Assembly (NCBI GenBank): GCA_963778555.1 | Contig: CAVZUR010000004.1 | Coordinates: 180,151-244,150, forward strand | Length of the DNA stretch: 64,000 nt | From: Candidatus Moraniibacteriota bacterium | Lineage (GTDB): Bacteria > Patescibacteriota > Minisyncoccia > Moranbacterales > UBA1568 | Reading direction: 5' to 3' | In this document: piece after piece, positions 31,086-41,859 of the stretch | Position numbering within the stretch: position 1 is the stretch's first letter | Layout: each line of letters opens with the position of its first letter | Position numbers and translations under genes: made by a program | The notes under the pieces: model-generated | Databases searched by the model: none | What the model saw: only the letters and a program-made list of their open reading frames with translations | Told to the model about the DNA's origin: nothing

Positions 31086-32782
31086 AGCTTGTGAAAACGT
31101 TTGGTGAGTTCTTCAACCGAAAACGGGTTACCATCATATTTCAATATCCGTTCCGAAACGGTCATGCCGTACTCGCGCTCGAGGAGATCAGCAAATTGTC
31201 CGGCGACATTGTTTTCGACAACGACAATACTCTTTGTTTTTGGAAGTAGTTTCTTGCCCTCAAGCGATAACGGATAGACTTGGGAGAAATGCACGTGGGC
31301 GAAATACTCGTCATTCAAGACATCAAGCGCTTCTTCGACGACGCCAAAATTCGAACCCCAGGTGACGATAAGTGTCTTGGCCTTCTTCAGATGAGCAGAA
31401 GCAACTGGTGGCAGAGCGTCCGACAAGATGCCATTCGCCTTCCGCAGACGCTTGCTGTGCTGCTCGAGCCTAACGAGATGGCTCTCGGTAATATGTCCCA
31501 TCACGTCATGCTCATCAGAATCAACACCGACGAGGCCCGTACCAAACCCCGGGATGCCCCGCGGCGAAACACCATTCTTCGTCACTGCATAGCGAGCATA
31601 GCCGTCTTCCGTTGCGACCACATGCGCCTCAGTCGAAGCAGTCTTCAGGTCTTGCAGCGCGACGGTCGTAACCGAATCGAGGAAATACTGGTCCGTCAGG
31701 ACAAAAACCGGAATCTGGTACTTATCGGCGATATAAAAGGCCTGGCTCATCGCGTGATACGCCTCCTCCAGCGTTCCCGGCGCAAAGATCGCGCGCGGAA
31801 ATTCGCCATGCCCGGCATACAGTACGAGATTGAGATCGGCCTGTTCCGTCCGTGTCGGCAGGCCAGTTGCCGGACCAGGACGCTGGCCGACATGCACCAC
31901 AATCGGCGTCTCGATCATGCCTGCGAGACTCACTCCCTCGCACATCAGCGCGAAGCCACCGCCCGATGTCGTCACGACGGCCCGAGCGCCGGCATACCAA
32001 GCACCCAGTCCCTGATTGATGGCTGCAATCTCATCTTCTGCCTGATCGACTACGATGCCGAATTCTTTTTTGTGTTCAGCGAGAAAGGTCAGCAGTCCTG
32101 TCCCAGGCGACATCGGATACGAGCTGATATAATCGCAGCCCGCCGCCAGCGTGCCGAGACCGATACTTTCCATCCCATCCAGCAAGAGCTCGTCGTTTCC
32201 CTTGGTCTTGCGCGGAATAGAAATTTCGACTCCTTCCAAGTAAGCGACATGCGTACCATGGAGATAGCCTTTTTTGGCGGCTTCGATATTCTTTGCCACG
32301 ACTGCCTCGCCCTTGCGCGCAAAATGTTCTCGAAGATAGTCATGGAAGATGCTCTCCTCTGCCTTCAGGAGTCCGAGAACGACGCCGACCGCAACCGTGC
32401 TCGTATAGATCGGGTGGCCGAGCTCGTTCGCAAAGCGCGTGAACGGGATATCGACAACGCGGCATTCGTCGACGCAGACTTTTTCTTTTTCGCCGATGAC
32501 GATCGTCTCCTTGGTAATCCGATGCTTGAGATGAGGAATCACGTTCTTGTCGAGCGCGAAGAGGAAATCGATCCGATCGACATAGGCGCGCCGCTTCTTA
32601 GCGGTTAGTCGGATCTCGGTCGAATTGCTGCCGCCGCGAATCCGCGACATGTACTCCTTGGACGCGAAAACATTATAGCCTTCTCGCTTGAGGACTTGAA
32701 CCAATAGCGTCTCGACAGTCTGGACCCCCTGGCCAGCCGCCCCGCCGAGCACGATGGAAATATCACCCGAAAACCGATGCAT
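31082..32782 (-). CDS. 2-oxoacid:ferredoxin oxidoreductase alpha subunit
   Basis: [36 protein letters not shown]. Confidence 0.95.
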   Translation of the reverse strand: MHRFSGDISIVLGGAAGQGVQTVETLLVQVLKREGYNVFASKEYMSRIRGGSNSTEIRLTAKKRRAYVDRIDFLFALDKNVIPHLKHRITKETIVIGEKEKVCVDECRVVDIPFTRFANELGHPIYTSTVAVGVVLGLLKAEESIFHDYLREHFARKGEAVVAKNIEAAKKGYLHGTHVAYLEGVEISIPRKTKGNDELLLDGMESIGLGTLAAGCDYISSYPMSPGTGLLTFLAEHKKEFGIVVDQAEDEIAAINQGLGAWYAGARAVVTTSGGGFALMCEGVSLAGMIETPIVVHVGQRPGPATGLPTRTEQADLNLVLYAGHGEFPRAIFAPGTLEEAYHAMSQAFYIADKYQIPVFVLTDQYFLDSVTTVALQDLKTASTEAHVVATEDGYARYAVTKNGVSPRGIPGFGTGLVGVDSDEHDVMGHITESHLVRLEQHSKRLRKANGILSDALPPVASAHLKKAKTLIVTWGSNFGVVEEALDVLNDEYFAHVHFSQVYPLSLEGKKLLPKTKSIVVVENNVAGQFADLLEREYGMTVSERILKYDGNPFSVEELTKRFHKL

Positions 32783-32833
32783 GATGAAAATATATCTTTG
32801 TTTTTCTTCTCTCAGTATAGCAGAGCCCAGCCA

Positions 32834-33037
32834 CTATACGCTTCCGTCGAGCTCTTTTTTCACGATTTCGAATTCATTCTCCACTTCTCGCAGTCGTTCC
32901 TTGCTGGATTTGATCAGCGCGACGCCCTCTTTCACTTTCTCGAGCGCTTTCTCCACGTCAATCTCCTCCTGTTCCTCGAACCAGGCCGTAATGGATTCGA
33001 GTTTTTTCAGTGCTTCACCCAAAGATTCTTTTTTCAT
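32834..33037 (-). CDS. xseB: exodeoxyribonuclease VII small subunit
   Basis: LKKLESI..FE..DVEKAL..EGVALI; directly after xseA. Confidence 0.88.
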   Translation of the reverse strand: MKKESLGEALKKLESITAWFEEQEEIDVEKALEKVKEGVALIKSSKERLREVENEFEIVKKELDGSV

Positions 33038-34585
33038 ACGCCTACTGTTTCCGTTAATCCTGTCACTTCTGATTCTATACTGCCATGACCGAGTTGTATA
33101 TCGATCCGATCCCCGATGGCGAGATTATTCGTCGCGCGGACTACTTTCCCCTGCCTTCGAACCAGTGCATACCCCAGCTGGAGCGCCCGAATCGGATCTG
33201 ATTGGCGTAGTTGCACCTCGGCAGTTTTCAGCCGATCGCGAACACTGATGAGAGCGGCATCGGTTTTCGCCTGCCAAAAGGCCATATCAGTCTCGAATCG
33301 CGCAGCCACCCGTCGGCCATACTCAGGGAACAGCGCCACTGCCTCACGGAAAGCGGCCCGGGTTGTCCCCACTCGCTCGATAATCTCCCCTAACGCCCCC
33401 CGGAGTGTTTCTTCCGACGCGCGGACTCGCTCGCGGACCAGGGTGCGAAATTCCTGCATGACGCGGTACAGCGCCAGCTGAGTGCTTGCCGAGACTCGCG
33501 CGCGCTTCATCCCAGGATACCGAGAGATAGCGTGCCGTTGCTGTCGGTGTGGAAACCATATGATCAGCGGCCAGTGCCGCGAGCGACACATCGCGCTCAT
33601 GACCGATGCCCGCCAAAACAGGAATCTGCGACTTCACGATTTCATTCACCAGCGCCTCGGTATTGAATGCTTGCAGGCTTTCCATACTGCCGCCGCCGCG
33701 GACGATGACGAGCGCAGCGTAGTGTTCCGGCGTGGCGTTGAAGTAGCGGATTGCCTCGATGATTTCGAACACCGCTTTTTTTCCTTCGACCAGCGTCGGA
33801 TAAAAATCGACCTTGAATCCGGTCCGGGCCAAATTCATCGTAAAGTCACCAATGGCCGCACCTTCGCGTGAGGTGATGAGCGCGATCCGTTCCGGAAACT
33901 CCGGAATCGCCCGCTTGCGCTCTAGCGCGAATGCCCCCGCACCCTCGAGCTTTTTATACAGCGCATCGTACGCTTTCTTCAATTCACCCGCACCGGCGTA
34001 CTCGATTACGCCCACCTTGAGCGAAAGTCGGCCAGACGGTTTGTAGATGTCCGGCGCACCCTCCACGATAACCTCATCCCCGATAGCCAGCGTCACACCC
34101 GACACCTCATACTGGTAGCGGAAGATGAGACAGTTGATGATGCTTTCATCGTCTCCGTCTTTGAGTGTGAAATACACTACGCGTTCCCGGATATCCACAC
34201 TTGAGACTTCGCCCTTGAGCCGCGCCGCCATACCGGACAGCTCGATATTCAGGCTATCGAGGAACTGCGAGACCGTCAGCGGTTCTGCTGGACCGACTGG
34301 AGGCTCAGGACCAGGCAGAGTGACATTCGGAGCCTCTTGTGCGGTCTCATTTCCGTCGGGCACATATTGAGAAATGAGCGCGATCAACGTCTTTCCATAA
34401 CGCCGATACTTCGCTTCCTTAATACCCTTCACGGCGCACAAGGTATCTTTATCAGTGGGCAAAACACGGGCCAACTCTTCGAGAGCGGCATTGTTCAAGA
34501 CGCGATATCCCTCCGCGCTCTCCACTCGCGCCTGTTCATCGCGCCACGCTCGGAGCGCCGACAATAACTCGTAGTTCATACCCAT
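33034..34585 (-). CDS. xseA: exodeoxyribonuclease VII large subunit with N-terminal HRDC domain (frameshift near 33490)
   Basis: GEVS, YFTLKD, VRGGGSMESL, GIGHERD, TPTA, LGYALVR; N-terminus LRAWRDEQA..KGI...YG. Confidence 0.9.
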
Positions 34586-34605
34586 CAGTCTTCACTTAGT
34601 CAACT

Positions 34606-34628
34606 ACTTGGAAGTTCGACTTCCAAGT
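34606..34628. repeat. REP-like hairpin copy 1 (intergenic)
   Basis: ACTTGGAAGT-TCG-ACTTCCAAGT. Confidence 0.9.
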
Positions 34629-34802
34629 TGGACGCTACTCTAAAAACATCGACTCATCAAGCAGGCTTCTGCGCTCCAAAGTCCCTTTAAGGGATTCCTC
34701 TGCGAAGACTATATATTCTTCAGGCCTTCGGAATTGACTCAGCACCGCACCTTTCTCGCATATTCCATTACCACTCTGATGAACAGAATATTCGATCCAG
34801 CT

Positions 34803-34829
34803 CGACTTGGAGGTCGAACCTCCAAGTCG
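34803..34829. repeat. REP-like hairpin copy 2 (inside RAYT CDS, opposite orientation, compensatory change)
   Basis: CGACTTGGAGGT-CGA-ACCTCCAAGTCG. Confidence 0.85.
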
Positions 34830-35087
34830 GTGGACACGGTTGTTTAGATTGACATAGGCGCTTATGTGCAAAAGATATTCATTCGAGTCAATATGAATCG
34901 CCTTGAACTTCCCTTGAAAGAGCGCTCCCGTCCGATCATACTTATTGTTGAAGTACTTCGTATATCCCGTTCCCAAACGTTGCATGAATTTCTCAATCCC
35001 CTTTTCAGTCACCGGCTCCAAGATGAAGTGGTAGTGGTTCGGATTCAGACAATAGGCCACAATGTTCACCAACTTCTTATCAGTATC

Positions 35088-35108
35088 CTTGGAAGTTCGA
35101 CTTCCAAG
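35088..35108. repeat. REP-like hairpin copy 3 (inside RAYT CDS)
   Basis: CTTGGAAGT-TCG-ACTTCCAAG. Confidence 0.88.
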
Positions 35109-35300
35109 TTGGTTCTTGCGACGAAAAGAGTTTTCAAATAGACTGCCGATCGGCTCCAAGACATTAAATTCAACCATGCTCTCAATAAAGCGAGGGATGT
35201 CGTCTCGGTCCGAAAAGATGTCCCGTTTTTCGGTACCACGATTATACACGTGATAGAATTCCCCTTCCGCAAAGACTGTCTTTCTCATGTCTCCAGCATA

Positions 35301-35327
35301 CCACTTGGAAGTTCGACTTCCAAGTGG
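35301..35327. repeat. REP-like hairpin copy 4 (intergenic)
   Basis: CCACTTGGAAGT-TCG-ACTTCCAAGTGG. Confidence 0.9.
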
Positions 35328-35357
35328 GGGAATGGGCTGGCTAACTATATATGGACG

Positions 35358-38300
35358 CTAGCGGCCCTGGGCGTAGAGGGCTTTGATCTCGGCGGCGGTG
35401 AGGATGCGGCTGTAGATGCGGACCTCGTCGATGGAACCATCGAAGAAATTCGTTCCAGTTTCCGAGCCAAAACTAAATTTCCTGGAGGCGTCAGAATCCG
35501 CTGGCAGCGTTGTGGGAGTCGTGAATACGCCGACATTCGAGCTGAGAGCGTTGACGTACAGGACGGGACATTGGAGAGGGATGAATTGTTGTAGGTCGCG
35601 CAGACATGACTCCAGACATTCAAGGGAACCGCGCCGCTCGGGGCATACCATTCCCCATCCGTCCCTGCGAAATTACGATAGAACGCCAGATGTATCCCTG
35701 TCGGTCCGATGGCATCGTCAAGATAGAGGTACCAGCCAGCGCCATCCACTCGTCTCTTTCGAAATGAGCGTTTTGAATGTACCGCCCGGCGCAGTTTCCG
35801 GATAGATCCAGGCACAGGCCGTGAGATCGACAATATCATCGAGGCTCGTCCCAGACCCTGCGCCCACTGATCATCCGTCACCGTCGAAATTCAGCCCCTG
35901 TCCGAGCTTCCCGGGGACTTTGAGCGGGCCATTGGTCAAGGTCCCCGTATTCCTCGCTCCACTGATCGGTCATACGCTGTCGTCGTGCTGTACATATCCT
36001 GGGCATTGAAGGACCAGTAGCCTTCAAGCGATGTATCGACGCCGGTGGGGGTAGTGAGGCGATAGAGGTTGGCGATCTCTTCCTGGGAGAGAGCGCGGTC
36101 ATACACCCGCGCTTCATCGAGGGAGCCAGCGAAGGGCACACCGTTGTCGGCTTCAGCGCCGAGACGGAAAGCCACCGCATTGGCCAGGGTGCCGATGTTT
36201 CCGATGGTGCCGGTATCGGTGGCGCCATTGGGAGCGCCATTGATGTAAAGCTCGGTCCCAGTCGCCGAGTCTTGATCCCAAACGAAGGCGAAGTGATTCC
36301 AACCCGCAGCGGTGAAGGTAGAGGCTGAGGTGACGGAGTACTCATCGACCGCATCCGAGACTTCGCAGATGAGGGCGTCGGCGGCGGAGATGTAGCAGAG
36401 ATAGCCGGTATCGGCGGCGGTGATGCCGTTTCGTTTGGCGATGATGGTATCGTCGGTGGTGAAGGTAGAGCGGTTGAACCAGCCGGTCAGGGTGAAGTCT
36501 TCAGTATCAGCGAAGTCAAGAGTGGCCGTATCGGCCGTGGTGGCATAGTCATCGGTGCCGTCAAAGGTGATACCTGAGCCAATCTGTCCGGTGGTCCAGG
36601 TGGGGCCATTGGTGAGGGTGAGGGAAGCGATGGCGTTGGTGGAGGAGTCAGCGGCGGCGGTACCGGTGTTCTCGTCGAGGGTGAAGTAGCCGGTGAGGCC
36701 AGAGTCGAGACGGCCGGTGCCTTGGGATTGGGAGACAGAGGAGTTCACCTTGTCGGGAGCGCTCTGGTCATACAGGGATTTGATCTCGGCAGCAGAGAGA
36801 AAACGATTGTAGACGCGGACTTCGTCGATTTCACCGTCAAAGAACTCTGCCGCGGCAGTTTCAATGGCGCCGATACGAAAGCTCGAGGAAGCATCGGCAG
36901 GCGAAGTACCGACCGGCGTACTGTGTTCCAGCACCGGTACGGAAACACCGTTAATGAAAAAGGTTGGGTCATTGGCGACGGATGAATCATTGTATTCGAC
37001 ACAGACATGCGACCAGGCATTCAGCGGGACAGCGTCATCGGGTGCAGCCCAGCGGCCGATAGTCGTCCCGAAGCCGACCCATAATTGCAGCCGATTCGGG
37101 CTGACAGTATCGCTGAATTCAAAGTCCCACCCCGTCCCAGCATCATCCTTGGACATGATATTGGCGTACGTGGCCGGTATCGAATCCGGATGAATCCAGG
37201 CACAAGCGGTCAAATTGGCGATATCGTCGAGACTCGTCCCTGAGCCAGCATTCACATAGTCTGCCGTCCCATCGAAATCAAGTGCTTGGCCGAGTCTGCC
37301 CGGTACCTTGGGCGGAGCGCTGACCAGTGTCCCCGTATTCCTCGCCCCGCTCCGATCATACGCCGTCGTCGTGCTGTACATATCCTGCGCATTGAAGGAC
37401 CAGTAGCCTTCAAGCGCTGTATCGACGCCAGTGGGGGTAGTGAGGCGATAGAGGTTGGCGATCTCTTCCTGGGAGAGAGCGCGGTCATACACCCGGGCTT
37501 CATCGAGGGAGCCAGCGAAGGGCACACCGTTGTCGGCTTCAGCGCCGAGACGGAAAGCCACCGCATTGGCCAGGGTGCCGATGTTTCCGATGGTGCCGGT
37601 ATCGGTGGCGCCATTGGGAGCGCCATTGATGTAAAGCTCGGTCCCAGTCGCCGAGTCTTGATCCCAAACGAAGGCGAAGTGATTCCAACCCGCAGCGGTG
37701 AAGGTAGAGGCTGAAGTGACGGAGTACTCATCGACCGCATCCGAGACTTCGCAGATGAGGGCGTCGGCGGCGGAGATGTAGCAGAGATAGCCGGTATCAG
37801 CGGCGGTGATACCGTTTCGTTTGGCGATGATGGTATCGTCGGTGGTGAAGGTAGAGCGGTTGAACCAGCCGGTCAGGGTGAAGTCTTCAGTATCAGCGAA
37901 GTCAAGGGTGGCCGTATCGGCCGTGGTGGCATAGTCATCGGTGCCGTCAAAGGTGATGCCTGAGCCAATCTGTCCGGTGGTCCAGGTGGGGCCATTGGTG
38001 AGGGTGAGGGAAGCGATGGCGTTGGTGGAGGAGTCAGCGGCGGCGGTACCGGTGTTCTCGTCGAGGGTGAAGTAGCCGGTGAGGCCAGAGTCGAGACGGC
38101 CGGTGCCTTGGGCTTGGGAGACAGAGGAGTTCACCTTGTCGGGAGCACTCGTGTCATACAGGGCTTTGATCTCGGCGGCGGAGAGGAGGCGATTATAAAC
38201 ACGGACTTCGTCGATGGAGCCGTCGAAGAATTCCGATATATGTGCGCCGATGACAAGATTGGCTGCAGCATCGCTTGTTGCTGTCCCTACCGGCACGTCT

Positions 38301-39615
38301 AGCTCCGTAAAACGAACAGAGACGCCATTGATGTACAAAACCGGGTCGTTGGCAGCTGAGGAATCATTGTAGGTCGCGCAGACATGTTGCCAGGCATTGA
38401 GTGTTATCGTACCGTTGGCCGTGAGCCAATTCGCATTATTAGTAGTAAAACTTCGAAAAAGATCCAGAGCATTCCCGCTAGCCACATTGGTAATCTGAAA
38501 TGACCAGCCCGCCGATCCTGTATACTTGGCAGCAATTTGAGCCCAGGTGATAGGAATTGACTGCGGATAGATCCAGGCGCAGACGGAAAGGTTCACTAAA
38601 TCATCTACGATAGCGGCTGATCCCGCATTCACCAAGTCCGCCGTTCCATCGAAATCAAGTGCTTGGCCAAGCTTCCCTGGCACCTTGGGAGGCGCGCTCG
38701 TGAGCGTCCCCGTATTCCGCGCACCGTTCTGTCATACGCTGTCGTCGTGCTGTACATATCCTGGGCATTGAAGGACCAATAGCCTTTCAGTCCCGTATCG
38801 ACGCCGGTGGGGGTAGTGAGGCGATAGAGGTTGGCGATCTCTTCTCCTGAGAGAGCGCGGTCATACACCCGGGCTTCATCGAGGGAGCCAGCGAAGGGCA
38901 CACCGTTGTCGGCTTCAGCGCCGAGACGGAAAGCCACCGCATTGGCCAGGGTGCCGATGTTTCCGATGGTGCCGGTATCGGTGGCGCCATTGGGAGCGCC
39001 ATTGATGTAAAGCTCGGTCCCAGTCGCCGAGTCTTGATCCCAAACGAAGGCGAAGTGATTCCAACCCGCAGCGGTGAAGGTAGAGGCGGAGGTGACGGAG
39101 TACTCATCGACCGCATCCGAGACTTCGCAGATGAGGGCGTCGGCGGCGGAGATGTAGCAGAGATAGCCGGTATCAGCGGCGGTGATACCGTTTCGTTTGG
39201 CGATGATGGTATCGTCGGTGGTGAAGGTAGAGCGATTGAACCAGCCGGTCAGGGTGAAGTCTTCAGTATCAGCGAAGTCAAGAGTGGCCGTATCGGCCGT
39301 GGTGGCATAGTCATCGGTGCCGTCAAAGGTGATGCCTGAGCCAATCTGTCCGGTGGTCCAGGTGGGGCCATTGGTGAGGGTGAGGGAAGCGATGGCGTTG
39401 GTGGAGGAGTCAGCGGCGGCGGTACCGGTGTTCTCGTCGAGGGTGAAGTAGCCGGTGAGGCCAGAGTCGAGGCGGCCGGTGCCTTGGGGTGTGGCAATGG
39501 ACGTATTGGTTTGCTGTCCGGCCCGGGCGGAGAAATACCAATAGCCAGCCCCCAACCCTAGGAGAATGGCGATAATCCCTAGCCACTGCCATGTACGGCC
39601 GCTAGTATATGTCAT
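35358..39615 (-). CDS. large surface protein with six LamG/concanavalin-A-like domains (several apparent frameshifts)
   Basis: N-terminal TM (WQWLGIIAILLGLG), repeated FDGTxDY...WxHV...YING...DEVRVYxRxLS; ORFs 38629-39729, 35936-38683, 35345-35881 and 35358-35651 join up. Confidence 0.88.
35971..36726. repeat. 756-bp near-identical intragenic repeat, copy 3
   Basis: same sequence as 37357-38112 and 38733-39488, with few and mostly synonymous differences. Confidence 0.92.
37357..38112. repeat. 756-bp near-identical intragenic repeat, copy 2
   Basis: direct comparison of the three copies. Confidence 0.92.
38733..39488. repeat. 756-bp near-identical intragenic repeat, copy 1
   Basis: direct comparison of the three copies. 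Confidence 0.92.
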
Positions 39616-39881
39616 AGAGCTAGACCCGTTAGAGACAGGAAGCGTTTCAATCGATTCTTTAGGTAGCGTTTTCCCATACCAGTCTTTAGGTACTTTTCTC
39701 GAGTGAAAGCATCGTGCACATCGATACAAGCTTCATAATAAATGATAGCAAATGGACCTCGGCCGTTGGTAGATGATACTTTTCCAGCAGCATGCTCATT
39801 GAAACGCTTCCGCATGTCTTCGGTACAGCCGGTATACCATTTTCCATCCTTTTTGCTTTTGAGCACGTAGGTGTAAAACAT
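39612..39881 (-). CDS. small GIY-YIG nuclease family protein
   Basis: YTYVLKS..WYTGCT.D..KRF.EH..G...ST..RGP..IYYE.....DA..REKYLK. Confidence 0.92.
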   Translation of the reverse strand: MFYTYVLKSKKDGKWYTGCTEDMRKRFNEHAAGKVSSTNGRGPFAIIYYEACIDVHDAFTREKYLKTGMGKRYLKNRLKRFLSLTGLAL

Positions 39882-39897
39882 AGCTGTCTCTAACGGG
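39625..39897. mobile_element. putative GIY-YIG element bounded by perfect 14-bp inverted repeats
   Basis: CCCGTTAGAGACAG (39625-39638) and CTGTCTCTAACGGG (39884-39897). Confidence 0.7.
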
Positions 39898-40059
39898 GCG
39901 AGGCGATGGCGAGGGCGCCTAAGATGAGGCCGATGTATTGGTAGGTACGATACCGAGTGAGGGACATGTGAGGTGAGGGATGAGAGACTAGGGGTGGAGA
40001 ACAAGAGAAACAGGTTCCCAAGCGAGGGAGTGTGTTGGTTCTAGTTTATCATTTTTTGG

Positions 40060-40459
40060 CTAAACGTGTATTCTCTGCTTCGCAAAAAGTAAGAGAGAAG
40101 CAAGTGCTATGCCCAGGCCATCGATCGCCACATCAGTCAGCCTCGATCCGCGGCCGAAAATAAACAATTGGTGGACCTCATCGAGAACGCCATAGGTGAA
40201 GGCGAAGAGCGCTCCGACGAAGAGGACACGGATGAAAGATTCGCGCGGGTACAGTGCGGAAAACAACCGGTAGACGAGCCAGGTCAGGACTCGCATACTC
40301 GAACACATGCGCGGATTTGCGCTCCAGCACATACCAGAGCGGCGGATCAGAGGGCACGCCGCTCCCCGGCATCTGGGAAAAACCAAAAATCACGGCGCAC
40401 CACGAAAGAAGGAGCGCCAGCCGCAGAGAGACGGTCCGATCCGGCGGATGACGTTTCAT
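40060..40459 (-). CDS. VanZ family membrane protein (frameshift near 40290)
   Basis: IFGFS..RKSAHVFEYA joined to DEVHQLFIFGR..DVAID. Confidence 0.85.
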
Positions 40460-40463
40460 ACGC

Positions 40464-40589
40464 CTATTTTCTCCCATGCGTTAGCCAAGCGCTGAATTCT
40501 TTCGTGAGCGTATGGAGCGCATAGAACGGTAGCCAGAGCCAAAGCGTCTTTTTGAGAAAATTGTCGAGCGCGCTATTCAGGTTGAACAT
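40464..40589 (-). CDS. 41-aa small protein not shown in the ORF track
   Basis: MFNLNSALDNFLKKTLWLWLPFYALHTLTKEFSAWLTHGRK, co-oriented and fills the gap between genes. Confidence 0.55.
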   Translation of the reverse strand: MFNLNSALDNFLKKTLWLWLPFYALHTLTKEFSAWLTHGRK

Positions 40590-40662
40590 TCGGGTAGGGG
40601 TTAGTAGAATGAGGGGTTAGGGAATAGGGAAATGAGAAGGACTCTAACTATTCTATACTTAT

Positions 40663-41031
40663 CTAAGGCTTTACTTTTCTGATGAGGGTATTCAACATCC
40701 GCATCACTTCATCGAGCGTGCTCAGGACTGCTTCATACTCTCCTGATTTCAGTCTACCCAATTCGCGAGCAATCTCAAACTGAGTTTCAAGTTCTGCCCC
40801 AGACCCATAGGCAACATGGAGAAAATAATGGGACTCTTTCTTCGTTCCACGGCCATGTCCTTCAGCAATATTGGAAGCAACAGAAACCGCCGCTCTTCGC
40901 ATCTGCGACGTGAGTCCATACAAGTCTTCTTGAGGAAAGTCTTGAGTTAATGTATAGACAAGTACTGCAACATTCTTGGCTTTCTGCCAAACTATTAAGT
41001 CCCTATAAGAGCTGATATTCTCCTTATGCAT
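40663..41031 (-). CDS. four helix bundle protein (23S rRNA intervening-sequence protein family)
   Basis: YRDLIVWQK, FPQEDLYGLTSQMRRAAVSVASNIAEG, AYGSGAELETQ. Confidence 0.95.
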   Translation of the reverse strand: MHKENISSYRDLIVWQKAKNVAVLVYTLTQDFPQEDLYGLTSQMRRAAVSVASNIAEGHGRGTKKESHYFLHVAYGSGAELETQFEIARELGRLKSGEYEAVLSTLDEVMRMLNTLIRKVKP

Positions 41032-41052
41032 ATTCCCTCAAGTATCTCAGTA

Positions 41053-41796
41053 TCATCGTCTCTTTGCTCTAGCACCTAAAACCTCACCCCTCCCCATCTC
41101 ATAAATCACATCTTTTTTCTCCACCACGATGCGCCAGCCTTCTTTGTCGGCCAGTGCCTTCAGGTTCTGGTTCGGATTGAACGCAATCGGATGTGTGACC
41201 ATGCGGAGAAAGCTCGCATCTGACTCTGTGTCTCCGACGCCATAGGAATCGTCGAGCGTCAAGTCATGCTCATAGACATACTGCTGCAGCACCTCGCCTT
41301 TATTCCGAGACGGCTCGAACTCAGCAACCCCCGTATACTTTCCTTCGGCATCCTGCGTATAGATGCTCCCGAAGACTCGGTCGAAATGGAGATAGTGGCG
41401 GTTGTACTCCTCGACAATCTCGATCGGCGAGCCCGAAATGGCAAGCAGGTGATAATTCTTGGCGCGAAGATCATCGATCAGCGCCTCGGAGAACAGATAG
41501 GTACGTTTCGCATGGAACGGAACGACGATCCGTGCCGCCTCGCGGACGGCTGTCTCGGTGACACCGGCGATACGCTCCGAATAAATACGGACGATAGCCT
41601 TGCGATAATCCTCATAGGTCCCTTCATGTGCCAGCCAGCCGCTGTACACCTCGGTCAATTCCCGTCGGACAGCGCTCGGAAATATCTTCAGCCAGGCGAG
41701 CTCATTAATGAGTTCGAAATGAAGATTTTTCCGAAAAATCGTCCCATCGATATCAAGGATCGCGATCTTCTGCTGAGTTTTGATTTCTTTTTTCAT
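41053..41796 (-). CDS. HAD-IB family hydrolase (SerB-like)
   Basis: DIDGT, ISGSP, GDTESD, AFNPN. Confidence 0.9.
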   Translation of the reverse strand: MKKEIKTQQKIAILDIDGTIFRKNLHFELINELAWLKIFPSAVRRELTEVYSGWLAHEGTYEDYRKAIVRIYSERIAGVTETAVREAARIVVPFHAKRTYLFSEALIDDLRAKNYHLLAISGSPIEIVEEYNRHYLHFDRVFGSIYTQDAEGKYTGVAEFEPSRNKGEVLQQYVYEHDLTLDDSYGVGDTESDASFLRMVTHPIAFNPNQNLKALADKEGWRIVVEKKDVIYEMGRGEVLGARAKRR

Positions 41797-41859
41797 ATTG
41801 CAGAAGGTTTTAGGAGGTAGGTTTTAGGGATTAGTTTCCTCTTCCCTCACCACTAACAA

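Larger units (their letters stand above)
34635..35288 (-). mobile_element. REP-associated tyrosine transposase (RAYT, Y1 HUH family)
   Basis: YHVYNRG, AYCLNPNHYH (HUH), YFNNKYDRTGALFQGKF, YVNLN; REP hairpins on both sides. Confidence 0.9.

Noticed and set aside
34606-35327. CRISPR array
   Set aside because: The palindromes are irregularly spaced about 200-280 bp apart, in mixed orientation, and there are no cas genes.
35358-41031. Diversity-generating retroelement (repeats plus an Avd-like four-helix protein)
   Set aside because: There is no reverse transcriptase in the window, the repeat differences are not adenine-specific, and no TR/VR pair is seen.
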